Positions 55,580-64,000 of a stretch of 64,000 nt of DNA are shown piece after piece. The translations under genes and the position numbers were made by a program. The stretch comes from Antedon mediterranea (lineage: Eukaryota > Animalia > Echinodermata), in the NCBI RefSeq assembly GCF_964355755.1, contig NC_092680.1, forward strand, positions 12,028,001 through 12,092,000, in the 5' to 3' direction. Position 1 is the stretch's first letter; every line of letters starts with the position of its first letter. The notes under the pieces are model-generated. The model was not told the DNA's origin. It saw only the letters and a program-made list of their open reading frames with translations, and searched no databases.

Positions 55580-55665
55580 CCGGGTGTACTCTGGTCGATT
55601 CACCCCTGGTCGACTCGTACCCATGCCAACTCGTACTTAACTTCCTACCCTAAACTCGTATCCAA
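55580..55665. repeat. Short cluster of (GTCG/CCA/TAA)ACTCGTA-like repeats, possibly a remnant MITE/non-autonomous DNA transposon end
   Basis: CTGGTCGA occurs twice and ACTCGTA three times within about 85 bp. No partner terminal inverted repeat or target-site duplication was found. Confidence 0.3.
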
Positions 55666-56014
55666 CCAAATCATTGGTTGATTTCCCGCTAGACTAGTAG
55701 GCCTAGCCTAGCTACAATATTCATTATGCCCTGCTAAAAAGGTAGATGAGCTACTAGACTAATTACGAAATTCGTATAATAATAACAATAATTTACTAGA
55801 AGGCCTAAAAGCGGCGGAAAACACCTTTCCATTCTTGCATGGCAGTACGAAAACCTGCCTATGGTTGTACATCATTGTAAATTGTCAACACACACTGTGC
55901 TACAGACAGTGTACCGTGTGTTAAAGGTACAGCATTTATAGCAGACAGCAACGTGTATAACTTGCTATAGTTTTACAGATAGCACCTGTAGACAGTAGCA
56001 GAATCGGTTGCACC

Positions 56015-57127
56015 AACATAATTTCTGTGACTACAATATATGGCTTTTTTCAGTTCCTTACACTTTACACTTAAATCTATCTGTAGCTTCATTTGTTTTT
56101 AAAATCTTAGCCTTCCTATATGATTTTCTTTTCTTTGTACAAAGTTTCTTAATTTCTGTAGTAATCCATGGAAATAATTTAGTCTTATTTCTTTTCTTAA
56201 TAGGCACAGATTCATATTTTCAAACATAAAACAATTTTCCCAATTAAAATTAATTAATATGCTTTTCATCTTTTCAAAATCTGCATTTTTTAGTGCATAT
56301 ACAGTTTTTGTTATAACTTTGTCACGTTGTTTTGATATCCTTAGACATATCTCAATTGTCTCATGATCACATGAGTCAAAATTGTTAATAATTTGACATT
56401 TATCAATTAAAAGTGGATTACTAACAAAAGCCAAGTCCAAAAAGTGCCCATCCCCATTTCGTGTTACATAAGAAGGCTGATCTATTATTTGCACTAGTCC
56501 AGTTGCCATTGTTCCTTCTACCAAGCTTCCTGCTTGGGCGGATAAACCATTGTTCACATTCAAACAATTCCAATCAACATGAATATTAAAGTCGCCTATG
56601 AGTAATACCTGTTTGTAATCAACAACTTTTGCTTGAACTTGATCTAGAATATCAATAAAGGAATTTAAATATTGAACATTTGAAGAAGGCGGCCTATAAA
56701 ACACTCCTAATAAAATTTTACCTATATTACTATGACATTCTATCCAAATCAGTTCAAGTGTATCAATATTGAGATCTGTGCATAAAGATGGATTTAAACA
56801 TGTTTTACAAGCAATTAAAACCCCCCCTCCATGAGAATTTCTATCCTTTCTAAAAATGGTATAATCATTGTTTAAAAGCTGACTATCATATACTGTGCTA
56901 TCAAGCTATGTCTCTGATATAGCAATGACGTCATGAGACGAAGAAGAAAATCTAACATTGAAATCTAATAATTTGTTTTTCACACTTCTTATATTACAAT
57001 AGAATAAACTTAACATTTTACTTGATTTTGTGTTACCTGAATTTACTATATTACTGCTATTATTACTAGAATCATTGTTTATATTAATTTCATTTAATGT
57101 TATGTCATTATCATCAGCACTCTTCAT
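56015..57127 (-). pseudogene. LINE ORF2 N-terminal remnant: APE-like endonuclease (EEP family) plus linker
   Basis: Motifs YCNIRS, ISET*L (W to TAG at 56906-56908), FRKDR..GGGV, FYRPP, GDFN, LDL and SCDH are present. After a frameshift near 56215 come VPIKK..FPWITTEIKKL and CKELKKAIYCSHRNY. Homology is lost near 56015. Confidence 0.9.
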
Positions 57128-57169
57128 CTTAGCTACATTTATTACGGCTTCATCTACTTTGCCATTTTT

Positions 57170-58216
57170 TCAGTGTTCAACTTGGCAAAATTTCGCTTTA
57201 TGTCCTACTTGTTTACAAACCCAACACACAACTGCTTTTCCATGTCTGCAAACTCGTCGTACATGTCCACTCTCGCCACAGAAATGACAATTTGCTACAG
57301 GCATGCTTTGATGATCTCTAGTGTGCGTGCTTCCAGTTATTCTATTTTATTTTTGTGATATTATTGACAGTACATTATTAATACTCTTAACCAAGGCTGA
57401 TGTACCCCTCAAGTTAAGATGTAAACCATGACTTGTAAACTTTGATGAATCCACTCCATATCGTGTAGTGAAAGCTCGGCTGTGATCAATAACAATGTTA
57501 CCGAAAGAATATTTGAGCATTTCATTTACGTCAGATACGCGTCTGTTTATCAAAAGATCATCAAGTCTCGGGCAAATCGCTGAGATGAAAACCTCGCCTG
57601 TTATCCTCATTTTAAGCCTTGATATCATATCAGTGTAGTCGTTCTTTAGCCTATCCAACTCAAAGTTGATATCGCAACAGTCATTTGTTCCAGCATGAAT
57701 GACAACATTTTCTACATTGGTCAGATCGATCTCACATAATTTATAGTTAACTTGTTCCACAGTTGCTCCTCTTAATGTTCTCACAGATGTTTCACATAGA
57801 CCATTTGTCTTAATATGCTTCAGCATAGAGTCACCTATTATTAGATTTCTTTGTTGTTTAGCTGGAATTTGTTTGGCTGGAATCTGTTTAGCTGGAATTT
57901 GTTTAGCTGGAATTTGTTTAGCTGGAAGTTGTTTTGCTGGAATTTGTTCGGCTTTTTTGTAGGCTTTGGTGATACATTATTATAAGTAATATTTTGCAAA
58001 TTTTCTTCACAGACTTTGCCTTCTTCCCTCCTAGTGATACTGAGGCAAGGGTTATTCAAATTAATAGATGTTTGAGTATTTGATTTTACAACTGATCTCT
58101 TTGCTGAACATCTTGGTTGTTTGAAATCCTGTTCACTTACTAGAACCTGTAACGTCTTGACTTGTTCCTCTAATACAGCATTCCTATCAATAATTTCCTT
58201 ATACGAGGATGAGAGA
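57170..58216 (-). pseudogene. LINE ORF1 remnant: coiled-coil-like segment, PAKQI repeats, SGNH/GDSL esterase, two CCHC zinc knuckles
   Basis: Manual translation gives LIIGDSMLKH, RGATV, IHAGTND and HGLHLN (SGNH blocks), then a premature TAA at 57347-57349, then in-frame CHFCGESGHVRRVC and CWVCKQVGHKAKFC, and TGA at 57170-57172. A frameshift probably lies in the A-run near 57955. Confidence 0.85.
57852..57950 (-). repeat. 15-bp coding minisatellite (about 6 units, CCAGCTAAACAAATT) within LINE ORF1
   Basis: GCTGGAATTTGTTTA-like units repeat on the + strand. In the esterase frame they read (PAKQI/L)n. Confidence 0.85.
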
Positions 58217-60033
58217 TTTAAAAACGTTTAAGACCATTTTGAGCATTTCGACAAAACTTTTTCACACAAAACATCAAAGTGTACAAAAAGCTTCAAATCG
58301 CATTTGGAGACGTTTTAGACCATTTTGTGATATTCGAAAAAAATTGTTAACATAAAAACACAAAAGTGCTTAGAATAGCTTCAAATCGCATTTGGAGACG
58401 TTTTAGACCATTTTGTGCAATTCGATGAAACTTGTTTACACAAAAACATCAAAGTGCTTAAAATCACATTAGAAACCGTTTTAGACCATTTTGAGCATTT
58501 CGATAATAAACTTTTCACACAAAAACATCAAAGAGCACAAAATAGCTTAATATCGTATTTAAAAACGTTTTAGACCATTTTGAGCATTTCGACAAAACTT
58601 AACATCAAAGTGTACAGAATAGCTTCAAATCGCATTTGAAAACGTTTTAGACCATTTTGTGCATTTCGATGAAACTTGGTTACACTAAAACATCAAAGTG
58701 CTTAGAACCCCCCCACATAAGAAACCGTTTTAGACCATTTTGAGCATTTCGATAAAACTTTTCACACAAAAACATCAAAGTGCACAAAATAGCTTAATAT
58801 GGTATCTAAAAACGTTTTAGACCATTTTGAGCATTTCGACAAAACTTAACATCAAAGTGTACAGAATAGCTTTAAATCACATTTGGAGACGTTTTAGACT
58901 AGTTGTGTGCATTTCGATGAAACTTGGTTACACAAAAACATCAAAGTGCTTAAAATCACATTAGAAACCGTTTTAGACCATTTTGAGCATTTCGATAATA
59001 AACTTTTCACACAAAAACATCAAAGAGCACAAAATAGCTTAATATCGTATTTAAAAACGTTTTAGACAATTTTGAGCATTTCGACAAAACTTAACATCAA
59101 AGTGTACAGAATAGCTTCAAATCGCATTTGAAACCGTTTTAGACCATTTTGGGCATTTCGATAAAACTTTTCACACAAAAACATCAAAGTGCACAAAATA
59201 GCTTAATATGGTATCTAAAAACGTTTTAGACCATTTTGAGCATTTCGAAAAAAATTAAAATCAAAGTGTACAGAATACCTTCAAATCACATTTGGAGACG
59301 TTTTAGACTAGTTGTGTGCATTTCGATGAAACTTGGTTACACAAAAACATCAAAGTGCTTAAAATCACATTATAAACCGGTTTAGACCATTTTGAGCATT
59401 TCGATTAAACTTTTCACACAAAAACATCAAAGAGCACAAAATAGCTTAATATTGTATTTAAAAACGTTTTAGACCATTTTGAGCATTTCGACAAAACTTT
59501 TTTACACAAAACAACAAAGTGTACAAAATAGCTTCAAATCGCATTTGGAGACGTTGTAGACCATTTTGTGATTTTCGAAAAAAATTGTTAACATAAAAAC
59601 ACAAAAGTGCTTAGAATAACTTCAAATCGCATTTGGAGACGTTTTAGACCATTTTGTGCAATTCGATGAAACTTCTTTACACAAAAACATCAAAGTGCTT
59701 AAAATCACATTAGAAACCGTTTTAGACCATTTTGAGCATTTCGATAATAAACTTTTCACACAAAAACATCAAAGAGCACAAAATAGCTTAATATCGTATT
59801 TAAAAACGTTTGAGACCATTTTGAGCATTTCGACAAAACTTAAAATTAAAGTGTACAGAATAGCTTCAAATCGCATTTGAAACCGTTTTCGACCATTTTT
59901 AGCATTTCGATAAAAGTTTTTCACACAAAAACATCAAAATGCACAAAATAGTTTAATATGGTATTTTAAAACGTTTTAGACCATTTTGAGCATTTCGACA
60001 AAACTTTTTCACACAAACCATCAAAGTGTACAG
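58217..60033 (-). repeat. Outlying, more diverged SatA array in reverse orientation (about 21 monomers)
   Basis: GTTTTAGACCATTTT anchors at about 77-89 bp spacing. Private indels include GACAAAACTTAACATC, GATAATAAAC and AGAACCCCCCCACAT. Confidence 0.95.
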
Positions 60034-61887
60034 ATGTTAACACAATATATGGTCATAAATGGCAATATTATAGTCTATTTAATGGATTTTAAAAGGTGGA
60101 AAATTTGGTCATTTTTCGAAAAATTTCCTGTGGTCCCCAGCAGGAAAATTTTTCGAAAAATGGCCAAATTTCGACCCTTTTATTTTTTGACATAACTAGT
60201 TACTATGGCTCTATAAGATGATGTTAACACAATATATTTGCATAAATGGCAATATTTTAGCATAATTATAGAATTTTAAAAATTGGAAATTTTGGCCCTT
60301 TTTCAAAAAAATTCCTATGGTCCCCCAGAAGGAAATTTTCGAAAATTGGCAAAATTTTAACCCTTTTATTTTTTGACATAACTAGTTACTATGGCTCTAT
60401 AAGATGATGTTAGCACAATATATTAGTAAAAAAGGCAATATTATAGCATAATTATTGAATTTTAAAAAGTGGGAATTTTGGCCATTTTTCGACCCTTTTA
60501 TTTTTTTGACATAACTAGCTGCTATGTCTCTATAAGATGATGTTAACACAATATATTTGCATAAATGCCAATATAATAGCATAATTATTGAATTTTAAAA
60601 AGTAGAGATTTTGGCAATTTTTCGAAAAAAATCCTATGGTCCCCATCAGGGAAATTTTCGAAAAATATCCAAATTTTGTTACTTTTATTTTTCACATAAC
60701 TAGTTACTATGGCTCTATAAGGTGATGTTAGCACAATATATTTGCATAAATGGCAATATTATAGCATAATTTTTGAATTTTAAACAATGGAAATTTTGAC
60801 AATTTTTCGAAAAAAAATCCTATGGTCCCTCGCAGGGAAATTTTTAGAAAAATGGCCAAATTTCGACCCTTTTATTTCTTGAAATAACTAGTTACTATGG
60901 CTCTATAAGATGATGTTAACACAATATATGCGCATAAATGGCAATATTATAGCCTAATTATAGAATTTTAAAAAGTGGGAATTTTGGCCATTTTTCGACC
61001 CTTTTATTTTTTTGACATAACTAGCTGCTATGTCTCTATAAGATGATGTTAACACAATATATTTGCATAAATGCAAATATTATAGCATAGTTATTGAATT
61101 TTAAAAAGTAGAGATTTTGGCAATTTTTTGAAAAAATTCCTATGGTCCCCATCATGGAAATTTTCGAAAAATGGCCAAATTTTGATCCTATTATTTTTTG
61201 ACATAACTAGTTACTATGGCTCTATAAGATGATGCTAACACAATATATTTGCATAAATGCCAATATAATAGCATAATTATTGAATTTTAAAAAGTGGAAA
61301 TTTTGGCCATTTTTCGAAAAAATTTCTATAGTCCCCCGCAGGGAAACTTTCGCAAAAATGGCCAAATTTCAAACCTTTTATTTTTTAACAAAACTAGTTA
61401 CTATGGCTCTATAAGATGATGTTAGCACAATATATTTGCAAAAATGGCAATATTATAGCATAATTATTTAATTTTAAAAAGTGGGAATTTTGGCCATTTT
61501 TCGACCCTTTTATTTTTTTGACATAACTAGCTGCTATTTCTCTATAGGATGATGTTAACACAATATATTTGCATAAATGCCAATATTATAGCATAATTAT
61601 TGTATTTTAAAAAGTGGAAATTTTGGCCATTTTTCGAAAAAATTCCTATGGTCCCCAGCAGGGAAATTTTCGGAAAATGGCCAAATTTGATCCTTTTATT
61701 TTTTGACATAACTAGTTACTATGGCTCTATAAGATGATGTTAGCACAATATATTTGCATAAATGGCAATATTATAGCATAATATTTGAATTTTAAAAATT
61801 GGAAATTTTTGCCATTTTTCGAAAAAATTCCTATGGTCCCCCGCAGGGAAATTTTCGCAAAAATGGCCAAACTTCAAATCTTTTATT
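60034..61887 (-). repeat. Outlying, more diverged SatB array in reverse orientation (about 11 monomers)
   Basis: Repeated ACATAACTAGTTACTATGGCTCTATAAGATGATG, the reverse complement of the SatB anchor. Several units lack the hairpin segment. Confidence 0.95.
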
Positions 61888-62015
61888 AGTCGCGTGGACG
61901 CGACTCTACAGTTCACTATGTCGGTCGGTCTGTCGGTCTGTCTGTCGGTCCGGTATCACTTTGCGTTTTATCGCTTTTCTGTACTTTTTGAACTGTTTTG
62001 ATGTACAGAAAAGTT
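61886..62015 (+). mobile_element. Probable 5' portion of a non-autonomous Helentron (HINE/DINE-1-like element)
   Basis: It starts in a T-run with TT-AGTCGCGT-GG-ACGCGACT (8-bp stem), followed by a (GTCG/GTCT)n microsatellite at about 61920-61951 and an 11-bp perfect stem CTTTTCTGTAC/GTACAGAAAAG (61974-61984/62003-62013). The layout matches DINE-1/HINE 5' ends. No matching 3' end was seen. Confidence 0.6.
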
Positions 62016-62016
62016 T

Positions 62017-62845
62017 ATTTTTACCAAAGCCAAATCTCTTAAGAGACATATCAAGGAAGTCCCATTTCACCTTATCGAAAGCCTTTTCGAAATCTACAAA
62101 AAATAGTAAGTTTGGCTTGTTGTGCATTTCTGCATATTCTATTACATCATAGACTAATCTTATGTTTTCTCCAATATATCTGCCTTTAAGAAAGCCCGTT
62201 TGATCAGGATTAATTACTGATGGCAGCACACATTTTAAACGAGTCGCAATGGCTTTTGCTAAAATTTTATAATCCACATTTAAAAGCGAGAGATGGGACG
62301 CCAGTTTTTCAATAATAGCGGAGATTTATCTTTTTTCGGTATAAGTAATATCACCCCTCGTTTCTGGGAGATACTTAAAAACCCGGATTGGAAAGAATAA
62401 TGGTAAGCGTTAATTAGCGTATCTTTTATATCATTCCAAAATAGTTTATAAAACTCGGCAGGAAAACCATCTGTCCCAGGGGTTTTATTGTTATCCATCG
62501 CCTTTAATGCTTCTAAACATTCTGTATCTCTAAGGGGCTGGTCACATATAGATTCATCATCTTTATTGATTTTATCTATGTGTATCTTGTCAAAAATATC
62601 AGCAGGGTTGACATTGTTATTTTTGCCTTCAAAACTATATAATGATTCATAGAATCGTTTTTCTTCATTTATTATATCGTCGGGGTTAGTTATGTCTCCA
62701 TTATCTGTTGTAATTTTAGTTATATGCTTTTTATTATAATTCCTCCTCTCTAAATTAAGAAAATATTTCGTGCTTTTTTCTCCTTCTTCTATCCAACGGG
62801 CTTTGGATCGAATCAGTGAGCCACGTGTTCTAATTTCATAGTTTT
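62017..62845 (-). mobile_element. Internal ORF2 fragment of a Tx1/L1-clade LINE (linker plus N-terminal RT subdomains), pseudogenised
   Basis: Translation gives IRSKARWIEEGEKSTKYFLNLERR, KTPGTDGFPAEFY, LIPKKDK..KNWRPIS(fs)LLNVDYKILAK, DQTGFLKGRYIGENIR, DFEKAFDKV and FGFG. A 2-bp slippage frameshift lies in GAGAGA near 62290. The fragment ends before the QG and YADD motifs. Confidence 0.93.
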
Positions 62846-63107
62846 TATTGTTTGGTAGGGCCCTTTGGGGAGGCGGAGGTCATTTGATGGAGGTGCTTAT
62901 TCGAGGGATATATGTTAAATTGTTTAGTTCTAATAATATGGTAACATTTATAATCAAATGAAATCCTCTCATAGATATGAAAAGTGGTAAAAAAGAATAA
63001 CAAATGCTTGGTAAATTGCAGATAACAGTGCGGTGAATTCTACTACAAATAGTATAATTGTGTTATTATAAATATGTGGATGGACGTTTATTAGATAGTT
63101 GGGTTGT

Positions 63108-63121
63108 GGGGGGGGGGGGGG
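63108..63121 (+). repeat. Poly-G tract (G14)
   Basis: A run of 14 G in an AT-rich context. Confidence 0.9.
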
Positions 63122-63966
63122 TTATTATTCAAAGTGATGTTTTATTGGAGAGGCGTTTATTCAAATGAATACCATCCTAATAATTATTAATACATTATTT
63201 AATTTAATCATCTTTTGAAACTAACTGCCGTGACAGAGTGGGCCCAAGAAAGAAGACATTACGGCTTGCAACATGGGCAGACATCTCGGTCCTAACGGGA
63301 CACAAGAAGATAGCCTACAGTTATTCCTGCAAGCTTACTCAATAAAACTCAGCTATCGGGATTTCACTCGAAAAATGTCTTATCAAATCTCCCTATGTAA
63401 TTTTATAATACTATTCCCCACAATATATTCTGATTCTTTATGGCGTATATTTAATTTGATCTTTATTAATTTGCAGTATAATTCCTATTCACACACGTGT
63501 GGTATGTTTTAAAATAAACAAAAAACTGAAATGGCTATGATTAATGGCCAATTTTTTTTTCGTCTTCCAAAGGGACACTGTATTGATTGATGGAAAGTGC
63601 CTGTTTCCAGTCACCTTTAGGGTCAAATCTATTATTTTAACTGCTCCCTTGTGTATAAAAGAGAGAAAATATTTGAAACTAAGGTGAACTTATCTTAAAC
63701 CCGGAAATTACTTTGACCGGGAAGAATTGAAATTGAGAGGAAAATCCAATGTTGAAATCATAAATGTTGTTAAAAAACTCTTTATAATATCTTCCTAAGA
63801 TATAAATATGGAACAATAGCGTCGGCGTGCACACTAATGTTATCAAATCTACGTTTCGCGGTACATCTCGGATAGATAAGGTAGGTATCCAAGGCGGAGA
63901 TTTGTACCGAAGTTTTTGCATTGTGCTCGCCTATGTCAGAATTAACCATAATTTATATATAGATGC

Positions 63967-64000
63967 CTCTATAAGATGATGTTAGCACAATATATCTGTA
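63967..64000 (-). repeat. SatB resumes (reverse orientation), cut by the window end
   Basis: CTCTATAAGATGATGTTAGCACAATATAT matches the SatB reverse complement. Confidence 0.8.

Larger units (their letters stand above)
56015..58216 (-). mobile_element. Decayed non-LTR retrotransposon (CR1/L2 group), truncated at both ends, with no RT domain
   Basis: An ORF1-like region (coiled-coil-like segment, SGNH esterase, 2 CCHC knuckles) is followed by an APE endonuclease and a PWIT linker. It contains multiple stops and frameshifts. The 5' end abuts SatA at about 58217. Confidence 0.88.

Noticed and set aside
55441-55653. 70-aa ORF in the unique spacer
   Set aside because: It has no recognisable motif, overlaps short repeats and has no supporting exon structure.
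55345-55660. Telomere-like ACCCTA words
   Set aside because: They are isolated, non-tandem occurrences only.
57030-57358. Plus-strand ORFs 57030-57287 and 57173-57358 (also 56008-56229 and 61799-62152)
   Set aside because: They are antisense shadows of minus-strand LINE coding sequence or span unrelated repeat junctions.
57841-58059. NKFQL-repeat protein
   Set aside because: The repeat portion is read out of frame after a probable frameshift. It is part of the decayed LINE ORF1.
56015-62845. Single LINE split by satellite insertion
   Set aside because: On the minus strand the RT fragment lies upstream of ORF1/EN, which is the wrong order. Its motifs are Tx1/L1-type, whereas the other piece has a CR1/L2-type PWIT linker.
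63220-63921. ORFs 63273-63512 and 63679-63921, and a TLRLATW peptide reminiscent of an endonuclease start
   Set aside because: They are short, with no continuing conserved motifs (no WNV/QET), so they cannot be supported without a search.

Overview
Eukaryotic (animal-like), AT-rich heterochromatin-type window with no intact protein-coding gene. It has seven parts. (1) 1-42240: a large tandem satellite (SatA, monomers of 86-88 bp plus a 78-79 bp variant) organised into variable higher-order repeats (HORs), ending in a complex inversion at about 41.5-42.2 kb. (2) About 42241-55259: a second satellite (SatB, about 187 bp monomer with a built-in hairpin, multi-kb duplications). (3) About 750 bp of unique, TAG/AGGCCT-rich DNA. 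(4) A decayed, doubly truncated CR1/L2-group LINE on the minus strand (ORF1 with SGNH esterase and two CCHC knuckles; ORF2 endonuclease only). (5) Short, more diverged SatA and SatB arrays in reverse orientation. (6) A Helentron/DINE-1-like terminus and a Tx1/L1-clade LINE ORF2 fragment. (7) Unique DNA, with SatB resuming at the window end. Almost all supplied ORFs are satellite read-throughs. I do not see a convincing new gene system. The most interesting signals are structural: the monomer-order rules and 10-bp indels in SatA, the fold-back/template-switch array edge, the SatB hairpin with deletions clustered in it, and the LINE ORF1 domain architecture. All coordinates and copy numbers were derived by eye.
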